Of a stretch of 64,000 bases of DNA, positions 48,190-58,519 are shown one piece after another. The DNA is from Anaerolineaceae bacterium 4572_78. GTDB taxonomy: Bacteria; Chloroflexota; Anaerolineae; 4572-78. Each line of letters starts with the position of its first letter. Positions within the stretch are counted from its first letter, which is position 1. The notes under the pieces were generated by a model. The model had not been told where the DNA came from. It saw only the letters and a list, made by a program, of their open reading frames with translations, and ran no database searches. The translations under genes and the position numbers were made by a program. The DNA lies in the NCBI GenBank assembly GCA_002084875.1, contig NBMH01000045.1, positions 5,082 through 69,081 on the forward strand, written 5' to 3'.

Positions 48190-50847
48190 TCATCCAAAAA
48201 CTTGAATACCCATCGCTAAGGTAGCACATGCCATTAGCACTAAAAAGAAAAACGTAAAAATAATCATGTGAGATAAATAAAACTGAAACTTCAATAAACC
48301 AGGAATCGTTATTTGAGCTTCCTCGAAAATGAGGGGAGCATCCTCCTTTTCAACCGATGTTGAAGTTATCCTGAAATCATATTTTTTAGATAGCCAGGGA
48401 GCTTTAATCGGTTTGACTAATAAACGTACTGCTAACCGTTCACCTGAATCAATATGTGGTGTCCATGTCCAGTTTTGTTCAATCGTATCCCCAATTGCTC
48501 CATCAGGACCAGCCTGCAAGCCATGTGGCGGGGTATCAGGTACGCGCGGCAGATAACTAGGTTTAGTATGTCCTTGTACTTGTTGTGTTGTATGTGTTTG
48601 AATATCAGTTTGGACAATTGCAGGCGATGTCTTATTACTATCAGATACGGAAGCCTGACCCGTGCTGTCATCATTCGATTCATTACTCCCCTGAAACTGC
48701 TCCATTTCTCTGCCAACTCGTTTTTGTACTTGCTCAACACGTCGCATGCTAGAATACATACGCCTCATGGACATAGCAGTTTTTCTTACGGGTGTGCCAA
48801 TCGAAGTTGGTAAGAAATAGCCAATTGCCATCAGAATTTCCGCTAAAACGCTTGCCATACGAGCAAATGCACTTACTTGAGCTATTCTTTCACCACAGCC
48901 TTTGCGTTCTCCCTGCGGTTGTGATTCTGTAACACCCTCTCTCCCCACGTCAACGGGGTGATGCAAGGGGGGGGCTTCTGCCGAATATTGAATCATGTCA
49001 GGGGTGGCTCGATGACCACTAGGTGCTATACCACTGTAAACTGGTTGACGTTGTAATTCTAATGGTATTCCTTTGAGGGTGAAAATAAATTTAAGTGCTT
49101 TCAAAGGGTCATCTGCCCACAACTCAAACCGACTAGCTACATTCCCTTGATTATGGATTTCCATGTGACAACTAGCACTGACATCCTTACTCCGTCGCCC
49201 GACGAGAAATAATAATAGCATGAACAGGGCAAGTGCCCATATCAAACCCCATACAGCAAACCAAATCGCCGTAGTTTTTAGCGATGTCCATAAATTTCTG
49301 ACTCGTGTTGGTTGAGAAAGGAGAACAGGCGGTTCGATAAATTCGATTGAAAGGGTGTCTTGTCCTATTCGATTTAATATGTCTGTGGCTCGCACACTGA
49401 GTTTTTGTAAGCCCGCTTGATAATTACTGGTATCTAAAGAAAATTCATACGGCGGACGGCTATCGCTGCCGACAGGTTCACCATTTATCAGCAATTCAAC
49501 ATTTTCTAATTTTACTAGAGCTTCGATACGAGCATCAACAAGAAGCTCCTTCCCAATTATCACCTGTTTTTGAGGGGATGATATTGTAACCTGCATGGGT
49601 GGAACAATCTTCAATCGTATATCAAACTTGCCAGTATTTCCTGCCTTGTCTATGGCAATCACCTGCAGGGCATGGGGGCCTGGGTCAACCATAGTGCTAT
49701 CCCATTGATAATCAAAAGGACTTTTCAAAACATGTTCTATTTGATTTTCATCCACAAGATAACGTACTGAATTGATTGACAAATCAGATATGATTTCAGG
49801 AGTAAAATGAACGTTCCCGCCCACAACAATATCATTTTCAAAACCAGGTAAATTAACATGGACATTACGAACAGTCGGTGTAAATGAACGGCTATCTTGA
49901 CCTGCTATTTGTTGGGTATTTGGAGAAATTATTTGAACGACTACTTTTTTCTCCAATATGTCAGGAGTGGAATCCCGACCTGTTGAGTTTGTTATCGTAG
50001 GTGATTCGTAGGTTATTTTATATCCTTGTTGCAATAAATCTGCTAAATCAACTAGCGTACCTTCAATACCGCTAACCGTGTTAAGTGGAGCAAATTGTCC
50101 TCCCGAACTTGTAGCAATTTGTTGTAAGGTATCAGCTTTGCCTTGTGTTCGCAGACCAACACCTACGATATAGTAGGGGACATGCACATCATTTATTGCG
50201 GCTAATGCTTCTTCATCGGTATTTCGTCCTACATTATCTCGCGTATTGGTTACGATAAGAACGGCACGCTGAACTCCTGAAAGTGGTTTAATAACATTTG
50301 CTGATTCGATGATTGCTTCATTCAGGGTGGTGAAATTTCCTTCGGGTTGCAAGGAATCGATGATATTTTTTAGAGTGGTTTTATCACTCGTAAATTGTTG
50401 AGCATGTCGTAAACCATCGGATAATATCAACATTGCCATCTCGTCATCTGTACGGAGATAGTCAATAAAATTGCTCACGGATATTTTCCCAACCTCTAAC
50501 GGCTCGGCAGGCATGCTATTATCCATAACCAATACCATTTTTAATTTTGGAGAGGCAGCTGGCTCAACCCGAAGTAAATCGGGTGATATGGCAACGCCAT
50601 CATCTAACACGACAAAATCTTCTTCAGTCAAACCCAATATAGGTTTGCCTTCCTCATCAACCACGGTTACATAAACAATTACTTCAGGATAGGTATCACT
50701 CTTAATTTGATTAAGATAAACAATCACCTGTGGCTCTTGTGCATGCAAAACCAGAGAAGTCCCAAACCCAAAATTATACTTTGGAATGATATTAAACGTC
50801 ACCAACAGTACAGTTAATATAGCAATGATACCCTTTATAATATGCAT
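48190..50847 (-). CDS. Exported VWA plus Ig-like protein with TM and cytoplasmic Ig-like domain
   Basis: Signal/TM, YPEV.VYVTV.D..G.P..GLT..DF, VWA (VMDNS, T.LNEAI, IVTNT), two Big-like domains (WDST...G.H.L...A.D..GN), TM, C-terminal TM. Confidence 0.8.
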   Translation of the reverse strand: MHIIKGIIAILTVLLVTFNIIPKYNFGFGTSLVLHAQEPQVIVYLNQIKSDTYPEVIVYVTVVDEEGKPILGLTEEDFVVLDDGVAISPDLLRVEPAASPKLKMVLVMDNSMPAEPLEVGKISVSNFIDYLRTDDEMAMLILSDGLRHAQQFTSDKTTLKNIIDSLQPEGNFTTLNEAIIESANVIKPLSGVQRAVLIVTNTRDNVGRNTDEEALAAINDVHVPYYIVGVGLRTQGKADTLQQIATSSGGQFAPLNTVSGIEGTLVDLADLLQQGYKITYESPTITNSTGRDSTPDILEKKVVVQIISPNTQQIAGQDSRSFTPTVRNVHVNLPGFENDIVVGGNVHFTPEIISDLSINSVRYLVDENQIEHVLKSPFDYQWDSTMVDPGPHALQVIAIDKAGNTGKFDIRLKIVPPMQVTISSPQKQVIIGKELLVDARIEALVKLENVELLINGEPVGSDSRPPYEFSLDTSNYQAGLQKLSVRATDILNRIGQDTLSIEFIEPPVLLSQPTRVRNLWTSLKTTAIWFAVWGLIWALALFMLLLFLVGRRSKDVSASCHMEIHNQGNVASRFELWADDPLKALKFIFTLKGIPLELQRQPVYSGIAPSGHRATPDMIQYSAEAPPLHHPVDVGREGVTESQPQGERKGCGERIAQVSAFARMASVLAEILMAIGYFLPTSIGTPVRKTAMSMRRMYSSMRRVEQVQKRVGREMEQFQGSNESNDDSTGQASVSDSNKTSPAIVQTDIQTHTTQQVQGHTKPSYLPRVPDTPPHGLQAGPDGAIGDTIEQNWTWTPHIDSGERLAVRLLVKPIKAPWLSKKYDFRITSTSVEKEDAPLIFEEAQITIPGLLKFQFYLSHMIIFTFFFLVLMACATLAMGIQVFG

Positions 50848-50851
50848 GATT

Positions 50852-51628
50852 CTATATCTCGACTAATAAACGCATTTTATGATGATAATAAGGTAAAATT
50901 TCTATCACTTCCGCGACAGTTACACTATTTCCTGGATACTCTTCAGGAGCACTAACTCGAACACTAAAACGATGCTCACCAGCAAGAGGCCAATATTTTT
51001 TAGGATGCTTAATAATAAGCGGCACCGACTTTTCTGCTTGTGGGAATAAAATCGGACCCGCACCCAATTCATAGCAATGTGATTCTAGCCCTGACATTTC
51101 CATAGTAAACTGCACGCCAGGTGCCTTACCTAAATTTCGCACCGTAACCGAACCTGTGATAGGTTCATCTACAGAAAGCATGGTGTGTGATAAGGTAAGT
51201 GTAACCCCTATAGCACTTGATATGGCTGTTCGTTCCGTACCTTGAATACTTGATGTCATTTCCGCAGAAAACTGAATATCTTGTAATTCATCTGATTTAC
51301 CACCACCGTAGAAAATCAAACTAAAATCAGATATCCGAATACGGTCGCCATGCGTTAGGTTCAGAGTAGAACGAGGCAAAACGGGTTGTTTACCACCCGT
51401 TACACCTTCTATAGATACATTAACATCAGCCAAATTTACCAGCCGATAGCCACTTCCACCACCTGCGGAAATAAGTTGAACATGGCGAGGAGCAATTTCC
51501 TGGTTATTCTCTCCTTCAAGATGAATGTCATTACCAGGATTGCTCCCGATATGGATAATCGTTTTATCAAGCGGGTATTCCCGCCGCCAACCACGCGGGT
51601 CGAGTACTTCTAATAGATAATAGCCCAT
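50852..51628 (-). CDS. Soluble FHA plus Ig-like domain protein
   Basis: IHIGSNPGNDIHL...PRH (FHA-like), GDRI.I; C-terminal VRNLG..F....AGEHRFSV..ILPYY unit. Confidence 0.78.
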   Translation of the reverse strand: MGYYLLEVLDPRGWRREYPLDKTIIHIGSNPGNDIHLEGENNQEIAPRHVQLISAGGGSGYRLVNLADVNVSIEGVTGGKQPVLPRSTLNLTHGDRIRISDFSLIFYGGGKSDELQDIQFSAEMTSSIQGTERTAISSAIGVTLTLSHTMLSVDEPITGSVTVRNLGKAPGVQFTMEMSGLESHCYELGAGPILFPQAEKSVPLIIKHPKKYWPLAGEHRFSVRVSAPEEYPGNSVTVAEVIEILPYYHHKMRLLVEI

Positions 51629-51705
51629 TTTACATGTGTTCCTTTATTACACTAACCTCTCTTGTCTTGACTGTCAAAGCAAGCTTTGATGCTCCAGTTA
51701 TGTAC

Positions 51706-52479
51706 TTATATCTCTTGGGATACAAATAATTGTCGCATAGCAAATAATTTATACCCAAGATTACTAAACAAAGAGTATCCCATGGCTCTAGCATAAACCA
51801 AACTTAAGTCATATCCTTTTTGTTTGGCATCTACCAAAATATGATTTAACAAAATCATGGCACATTTTTTACGGCGGAAATTATCAAGGGTGCTTGTATT
51901 CCAAATACTAATCACGTTATTACTATAAACTGCTGTAGCGGCTACTACAGGAATGTTACCATCAACAAAACCAACAAAATGGCTAATCTGTTCTGAACTG
52001 AGTTGGTTGGTGGGATAAAATTTGTATAGGTCTTGTTCAAAAAAATCATAGACTGATTTTAACACCATGTAAAATGCAGTTAAGCCTGGTACGGTAGAAA
52101 CCTTTTTAATTGTTAATGTTGTTTGTTCGATAAATTCATTTGGGAGGTTGTTCGAAGCAAGGATTGGTTCAGGGGGTAAAGACTGATAGCGTCTTCGAGT
52201 CAAGTATTCTCCACCATCTGAAATACGGTGTTCTTCCAAACTTATGGCATACGATACGCCTTGCGATGTAAAAAAAGCGGATGCATCTGCTAAGGTATCA
52301 TCAGTCAAACCGAATAGATTCAAGGGAATAAGCAAATTATAAAAATATGAATTTATCCCTGAAAAACCAAGTATGTAGTTGTCATAATGTATTACTTCTC
52401 CATGTTTGGCATTTTCAATTAGAATAACTTGTGATTGAATTGCATGAGCATTCAAACGACTACGTTCTTCTTCATTCAT
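51706..52479 (-). CDS. GNAT-family acetyltransferase
   Basis: C-terminal IWNTSTL..FRRKKCA..L, A..MGYSLFSNLGY; GGAGG RBS before ATG 52479. Confidence 0.8.
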   Translation of the reverse strand: MNEEERSRLNAHAIQSQVILIENAKHGEVIHYDNYILGFSGINSYFYNLLIPLNLFGLTDDTLADASAFFTSQGVSYAISLEEHRISDGGEYLTRRRYQSLPPEPILASNNLPNEFIEQTTLTIKKVSTVPGLTAFYMVLKSVYDFFEQDLYKFYPTNQLSSEQISHFVGFVDGNIPVVAATAVYSNNVISIWNTSTLDNFRRKKCAMILLNHILVDAKQKGYDLSLVYARAMGYSLFSNLGYKLFAMRQLFVSQEI

Positions 52480-52545
52480 TTTTGGATTTTTGACCTCCCG
52501 TGTATTGGAATGGCAAAGCAAACAACATGACCTCATGCTCGCACA

Positions 52546-52632
52546 TGGAGCGAAAAAGCTTGCTTTTTCATGTCAAAGCAAGCTTTGACCCTCCAGTTTA
52601 TTTTGTCAAAAAATAGCATTGAACAGCCCTAG
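52546..52632. repeat. Family B hairpin plus family C tail
   Basis: TGGAGCGAAAAAGCTTGCTTTTTCATGTCAAAGCAAGCTTTGACCCTCCAG...TAGCATTGAACAGCCCT. Confidence 0.88.
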
Positions 52633-52784
52633 GTCTGCTATAGAAGCTTTGCCGTTCCGTATTTTCATGAAAATCCAGTTTACCATGATTATTGTTGATA
52701 GGCAACATGGTATGGTTTGCATGCGATTTGGAACATCCAAGCAAGCTTGGAGCATCAAGGTTTTTGTGATTAACCACTACCGCA

Positions 52785-54338
52785 TTACTCTTTAACTTGC
52801 CAGACCACATCAATCACAGTGCCATCCACCCACTTAATCGCTGCCACAACTCGGTCTTCAAATTCGATAGGTTGTGGTTTACCGCAAATTCTTTCAGCTT
52901 CTTCTTTCAGTTCATGGATAGTTTTAATCGGCAGGTCGGAATCCTTAACGGCTTCTAGCAAGTCAGTTCGACGGGGATTAATGGCTATGCCTCTTTCGGT
53001 AACAATGACATCAATCAACTCGCCAGGGCCGGTTATGGTAGTCACTTCATCACGAATAACAGGAATCCTGTCCCTGAATAACGGAATCGGCATAACGACA
53101 GTTTTACTGAAAAGACAGTTTTGCCAGCCACCAATGCCATGCAATAAATAGCCATCGGAATGAGTTACAACATTCCCATTAAAATTGACATCAACTTCGG
53201 TCGCCCCCAAAATAACCACATCCACCATGCCCGCAAAGTTGCCCTTGCCATGATAGTTGTAGCTAGTGAAGGGACTGGTATCAACATGATTCGGATTCTC
53301 ACGCATGGAACGAATACCTTCTAAGTCAAAAGTCTGCCCATCCAAGATATATTCAACCAATCCTTCCTCGAACATTTTCACCAAATATTGGTTACTGCCT
53401 GCACGAGCAAATCGAGCTTTAATGCCCCTCTCACGCATGATGTCGCCAAAATAGTTGCCGATTGATAGAGATGTACCACCTGCACCTGCTTGGAATGAAA
53501 AACCATCGCGGATAATCCCCGCCTCGTCACAGAACTTTGCTGTCAATTCGGCGAGGTACAAACGGTCAGGGCTTTTTGTGATTTGGGTCGTGCCTGAAAT
53601 AATCCGTTCGGGGATACCGATTTTGTCCATCTCAACCACATAATCTACATAATTTCCTTGAATTTGCCAAGGGATGCATGGGAAAGGAATTAAGTTATCG
53701 GTTACAACAATGACCTTATCGGCATATTGCGAATCGGCTAGAGCAAATCCCAACAAGCCACATGCCGATGAGCCTGTTACACCGTTGGCATTGCCGAATG
53801 GGTCAGCCGTTGGAGCAGCGATGACTGCAATATCAATCTGTACTTCTCCGTCTTGGACTGCCTGATATCGTCCGCCATGTGAACGAAGCACAGCCGTACC
53901 TTTCATTTTTCCTTGCGTGGTAAATCGACCTAACGGTCCATTCATACTCCCTTCGATGCGGTTTAATGTACCATCTTCAAGATAAGCTGTCAAACGTTCT
54001 TGACATTGGAATGAAGCCGACGGATACCACACCAAATCTTTTATGCCCAATTCAGCCGCAATATCAAAAATTTGATTAGCTACTAAATCCCCATTCCGAA
54101 AATGGTGATGGGTTGAAATGGTCATGCCATCCTTAAGCCCTGCTTTAATCAGAGCTGTTTTCAAATCAGGTATCAGCTTATTGCCGTCAAGTGGATAGTC
54201 CGCACATGAGGCGATGCGGGGGGCATGTTTTCTACCTGTCGGTTTGTATTTGCCCACCCCCATGAATAGCACAACTGGTTTGCCATTGATTTCGGTCGGA
54301 ATATTTCTACCTACTGCATTTTTTTTAAATTTAACCAT
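52785..54338 (-). CDS. citF: Citrate lyase alpha subunit (citrate CoA-transferase)
   Basis: GLKDGMTISTHHHFRNGD, RSHGGR, FSFQAGAGG, LGATEVD.NFN.NV, GG.Q, VTERGIAINP, DGTVID. Confidence 0.93.
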   Translation of the reverse strand: MVKFKKNAVGRNIPTEINGKPVVLFMGVGKYKPTGRKHAPRIASCADYPLDGNKLIPDLKTALIKAGLKDGMTISTHHHFRNGDLVANQIFDIAAELGIKDLVWYPSASFQCQERLTAYLEDGTLNRIEGSMNGPLGRFTTQGKMKGTAVLRSHGGRYQAVQDGEVQIDIAVIAAPTADPFGNANGVTGSSACGLLGFALADSQYADKVIVVTDNLIPFPCIPWQIQGNYVDYVVEMDKIGIPERIISGTTQITKSPDRLYLAELTAKFCDEAGIIRDGFSFQAGAGGTSLSIGNYFGDIMRERGIKARFARAGSNQYLVKMFEEGLVEYILDGQTFDLEGIRSMRENPNHVDTSPFTSYNYHGKGNFAGMVDVVILGATEVDVNFNGNVVTHSDGYLLHGIGGWQNCLFSKTVVMPIPLFRDRIPVIRDEVTTITGPGELIDVIVTERGIAINPRRTDLLEAVKDSDLPIKTIHELKEEAERICGKPQPIEFEDRVVAAIKWVDGTVIDVVWQVKE

Positions 54339-55575
54339 TTTCTTTCTCCTTCCAATCCTTTGCTAATTTGCCAATGTCAATCGCCATTTCGACGGTTCGT
54401 TGAGCCCGTTTGACGACAGGAGGGTCAATCATCTTTGAGCCAAGTGAGACAACGCCTAATCCTTTTTTTGTTGCCTCGTCAAATGCCCACACAATTCTTT
54501 TTGCCTTTTCGATTTCGGTTTTATTTGGGGCATAATATTCGTGAATGACCCCGATTTGGCGAGGATGAATACAACCCATGCCATCAAAGCCAAGTGACTT
54601 TGATTCTAGCACTACATCCCGCAAAGCATCCATGTCAGATACATCTGAGAAAACCGAATCAATCGGCTGAATCTTAGCAGCACGAGCTGCGTTCACAACT
54701 TGGCTTCGGGCAAAGAACGTTTCATGCCCTTTGCTAGTGCGTTGAGTTCCCAAATCAGCCGTATAATCTTCTAAACCAATGGCAAGTGCCACCATGTTAT
54801 CGGCGGCTGTAGCAATCTGATAAGCATTGACTACACCCAATGCACTTTCAATAATTGGCATAAGATAAATCGGATAGTTTTTGTCTTCTGATTCCAAAAT
54901 TTGAGTAATCTTATCGTTGATTTGTCTTATATCATCCGCCGACTCACATTTTGGAATGAGGATAAGATTCACATGGTTGGGAACGATATAATTCAAATCA
55001 TCTAATCCTTTTGGGAGTTGATTGATTCGTACCATGCGTTCTGCCCCATAAAAATTAACTTGACGTAGAGCATTTCGTACTAAAAATTTTGCCTCATATT
55101 TCTTGTCATGGGCAACAGAGTCTTCTAAATCCAAGATAATTCCATCAGAATGATGTATCCCAGCATTAAGCATAAACTTGGGGCTGTTGCCTGGCAAGTA
55201 AAGCCGAGACCGCCGATAACGGTCTTTCTTGGTATGATTCTGGTTTTCAGGGAGAATATCCAACAAATACTCTTTATCGATTTCGATGTTTTGCTGGAGC
55301 GTCAGAGCTTGTTTTGACATCTTGATAGCCGCCTCAAAACGAGCTGCTAATACAAACGGTAATGCACCGCTATCTTCTATTTTTATGTTGGCATTCTTAA
55401 TATCGAAAAATGCAAATACATCTCGACATAATTCTAGAATCGAATCGCCAAATAATTTTCCAACTTTGCTTTGTAGTTCTATGTTAATGCCGCCCTTATT
55501 TGTTAATTCAAGGGTAACAAAACAATCTGAACGAACTGTTTTTCCTTTATTTCCTGTGGTTACAATTTTGTCCAC
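54331..55575 (-). CDS. citE: Fused citrate lyase ACP (CitD-like) and beta subunit (CitE)
   Basis: N-terminal VRSDC..S.V...FG..I..D.GALPFVL.AR (CitD); RRSRLYLPGN, ILDLEDSV, VRIN, PIIES, G.EDY, IHPRQ, MIDPP (CitE). Confidence 0.9.
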   Translation of the reverse strand: MDKIVTTGNKGKTVRSDCFVTLELTNKGGINIELQSKVGKLFGDSILELCRDVFAFFDIKNANIKIEDSGALPFVLAARFEAAIKMSKQALTLQQNIEIDKEYLLDILPENQNHTKKDRYRRSRLYLPGNSPKFMLNAGIHHSDGIILDLEDSVAHDKKYEAKFLVRNALRQVNFYGAERMVRINQLPKGLDDLNYIVPNHVNLILIPKCESADDIRQINDKITQILESEDKNYPIYLMPIIESALGVVNAYQIATAADNMVALAIGLEDYTADLGTQRTSKGHETFFARSQVVNAARAAKIQPIDSVFSDVSDMDALRDVVLESKSLGFDGMGCIHPRQIGVIHEYYAPNKTEIEKAKRIVWAFDEATKKGLGVVSLGSKMIDPPVVKRAQRTVEMAIDIGKLAKDWKEKENG

Positions 55576-55656
55576 AATTTCCTCCTATTAAGAAAATATC
55601 AGGAAAGTATACTTTGATTTGAATATTTGGGCAAGTAATGTGAGATATACTTTAGA

Positions 55657-55900
55657 AACCGTTCACCCCAACCCCTAGGGCTACTCAATGCTAGTTGTAG
55701 GGGTGTATGGCCATACGCCCTTACTATTAGGGATGTTCAAAGCTTGCTTTGACATGAAAAAGCGAGCGATTTGATGCTCCATTGTGCGACTACATGATTG
55801 GAAATCATGTCGAAGTTCTTGCCAAACGTTCAATTGCATGGTACAATTTCACTATCTTACATGCCAAGACCTGACAGGTTTCTAAAAACCTGTCAGGTCT
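55657..55900. repeat. Dense cluster of repeat families (D-end, C, B, E, A variant)
   Basis: AACCGTTCAC; GTAGGGGTGTATGGCCATACGCCCTTAC; AAAGCTTGCTTTGACATGAAAAAGC; CGACTACATGATTGGAAATCATGTCG; AGACCTGACAGGTTTCTAAAAACCTGTCAGGTCT. Confidence 0.88.
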
Positions 55901-55940
55901 AACAATAGAGATTAAGATTTTTATTTGATTCATAAACAAC

Positions 55941-56352
55941 AAGGAGGTAAACGGCTCAAAAATCTATTGAGCCGTACTATTTATACTAAAAATGGGCACA
56001 AAGTAACATTTTCATGAAGATATCTTACTGGAGCGTCAAAGCTTGCTTTGACAGTCAAGACAAGAAAGGTTTTTGAAAACCTTTCTTGTCTAACTATAAA
56101 CCCAATAGTACTGTCATGACAACTCACAACAGTGGTGATGAAAATAGTAATGCAACCATTACTTGGTCACCAAATTATGTTGGCGTTGAAACGGCAAAAT
56201 CATACGCAAAAGCGGTTGTCATTGCTACACAAATAGGTCGCTTAGCAGAGGGCTTACCAGATACAGATGCGAAAATCATCAATCAAGTCATAGCCACATT
56301 TGATGGCGTGACACAGATTAAAATCGCAGAAACCGACCCTCGTATGCAATAA
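55941..56352 (+). pseudogene. Hypothetical gene disrupted by family B and A repeats
   Basis: Strong AAGGAGGT RBS followed by ACG instead of ATG and an early stop; repeats at 56028-56091; open remainder 56086-56352. Confidence 0.4.
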
Positions 56353-56440
56353 CATTATCACATCATCAACCGTAGCCGCAATTTCCAATTGCAAAACTAC
56401 GTGATTTGGAAATCACGACTACGGATTTGACCATACTTTC

Positions 56441-58324
56441 ATGCACAACTATCATCGTTACATTCCTTATATCCTCATCATAATTGCCACATCATTATAC
56501 ATCTTCACTTTGGATACAGGGCTACGGACAGATGAATTGATGGGTGGTGATTTAATCACCCATCAATATGCCCAAGTGCAAGGGCGACCAAGCAATGCAC
56601 CTGGCTATCCACTGTATACCATGCTCGGTTGGGTATGGTTTCGTGTGGGGCGTTTATTTCTTAGCTGGCTTTTCAACCCGATTCAAATCCTCTCATTTTA
56701 TTCCACGCTATGGGGATTAGCTTCATTGTGGATATTGTATCATCTCCTCATGCGTCCTGAAGTAACCAACAAAAATTGGGGCATCGCTATCTTACTGACC
56801 AGCTTTTATGGGGTGACTTATTTTTTTTGGTATTATAGCGTCACCACCGAACAATACACTTCTGCCATTTTCCAAACCCTGCTCATTGTATGGCTTGCCT
56901 TTGAATGGGAACAAAACCCCTCAAATAAAATCCTGCTCATGATGGCTTTCATGTGTGGCACCATGCTTGCCAACATGATTACGACATTGTTTATTTTACC
57001 TCCCTTGTTTTACCTGATATTTAGCAAGCGACCTCGCATTTTAACCGACATAAAATTAGTCATGCAAGCAATTATCTTCGGTTTATTTCCCACCATCAGT
57101 TATGCTTATATTTACATTCGAGGACTACAGCATCCTGAATGGCGAGGTGAAGGAGAATGGACAAATGTCACCGAATGGTTTTTCCAATTCATTACCATTC
57201 AACAGGGACAAGATGAATTAACACTAGGCTTGACGCTAGAAAATATAATCACTCACGAATTTCCATCTATCATGGCACATGAATTAACTTTGCCAGTTTT
57301 GTTAGGTGGCATTATTGGTTTAGGCATGTTCGGCAGACGAAAGGCAATTTTCTTTTATGGAACATTATTTATCTACATGGCATTTGTGGTTGCGTATCGT
57401 TTTGGCAACTGGTTTCAAGTTATTTTGCCCATGTATCCTTTAATCGTGCTTGGGTTCGGCAAAAGCATAACGTACTACAAACATTTTACATGTGATTCTT
57501 GGCTTATGTCCACCAGACAAGAAAGGTTTTTGAAAACCTTTCTTGTCTTAACCATGAAAACGTTGTCTCTTCTATTGATCATGTTAGTCAGTTACCGATT
57601 TATCATCAGCTTACCACAAGCAAATCAGCACTATCTTCCACAAGATACAGCACTTGAACCAGGCTGGGCAATAATAACCGACATTTCAAAAGCAGGCATG
57701 GGCAATGAAACTATCACTATCTCTCCAGAATTTCAAGAATGGTTGGCATTGCAATACTTGCTTGAGATTTGGGATGTGGATATTTTGCTCGAACTGCATG
57801 AACCAAATACTCCCGCCGAATTTATAACTCGTCAAGCAATTATTGCACAAACCCATCAGATTAATTTAGAATCAATTCATCCTCAAGCAATTGGCAGAGA
57901 GGTTATTCATCTCAAGCATGAACGAAACATAATTGCCTCTGAACTTGCAATTTTATCGGGAAATATGCTAAATTTTGGTGGGATGATTTATCTAATTGAT
58001 TACGAAGTTTATGATGGGGGCGAATTAATTACTATGTCATGGCTGGCACCAAATTTAATCCTCACCGATTACACCATGTCAGTTCGCTTGTGGCAACATG
58101 GGCAACCAATCGAAGCATGGTCAGGTCTATTAATCCAAGACCATCGTCCAGTTTGGAACATGTATCCAACAAATTACTGGCATGCCAATGAAATTGTTAA
58201 AGACAGTTACACCTTTACACTACCACCACATGCCCAACCTGACCAAATTCAAATAGTGATTTATCACGTAACAGAAGATGGTTTTGAAAATTTAGATGCT
58301 CATTTTTTAAACATAGACTTTTAG
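56441..58324 (+). CDS. DUF2723/TMEM260-like GT-C glycosyltransferase
   Basis: YIFTL....GD.......PGYPLYTMLG, FW.YS.TTE.YT, many TMs, C-terminal YPT.YW...EIV.D Ig-like unit. Confidence 0.82.
   Translation: MHNYHRYIPYILIIIATSLYIFTLDTGLRTDELMGGDLITHQYAQVQGRPSNAPGYPLYTMLGWVWFRVGRLFLSWLFNPIQILSFYSTLWGLASLWILYHLLMRPEVTNKNWGIAILLTSFYGVTYFFWYYSVTTEQYTSAIFQTLLIVWLAFEWEQNPSNKILLMMAFMCGTMLANMITTLFILPPLFYLIFSKRPRILTDIKLVMQAIIFGLFPTISYAYIYIRGLQHPEWRGEGEWTNVTEWFFQFITIQQGQDELTLGLTLENIITHEFPSIMAHELTLPVLLGGIIGLGMFGRRKAIFFYGTLFIYMAFVVAYRFGNWFQVILPMYPLIVLGFGKSITYYKHFTCDSWLMSTRQERFLKTFLVLTMKTLSLLLIMLVSYRFIISLPQANQHYLPQDTALEPGWAIITDISKAGMGNETITISPEFQEWLALQYLLEIWDVDILLELHEPNTPAEFITRQAIIAQTHQINLESIHPQAIGREVIHLKHERNIIASELAILSGNMLNFGGMIYLIDYEVYDGGELITMSWLAPNLILTDYTMSVRLWQHGQPIEAWSGLLIQDHRPVWNMYPTNYWHANEIVKDSYTFTLPPHAQPDQIQIVIYHVTEDGFENLDAHFLNIDF
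57515..57548. repeat. Family A palindrome inside coding sequence
   Basis: AGACAAGAAAGGTTTTTGAAAACCTTTCTTGTCT, identical to intergenic 56058-56091, read in frame as RQERFLKTFLVL. Confidence 0.9.
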
Positions 58325-58346
58325 GATAACACCACCCCTAACCAAC

Positions 58347-58513
58347 AGGGCTGTTCAATGCTAGTTGTAGTGGCGGCCGTACGCCACTACTATTCATGGC
58401 TTGTTCAATGCTATTTTTTGACAAGATAAATTGGAGGGTCAAAGCTTACTTTGACATGAAAAAGCAAGCTTTTTCGCTCCGTTGTGCGACCACGTGATTG
58501 AAAATCATGTCGA
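58347..58513. repeat. Composite C+B+E repeat cluster between convergent genes
   Basis: GTAGTGGCGGCCGTACGCCACTAC; TTGGAGGGTCAAAGCTTACTTTGACATGAAAAAGCAAGC; CGACCACGTGATTGAAAATCATGTCG. Confidence 0.85.
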
Positions 58514-58519
58514 ATTAGA

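Noticed and set aside
45141-51628. Type VI or type VII secretion locus
   Set aside because: No sheath, Hcp, VgrG, FtsK-like ATPase or WXG100 genes in the window
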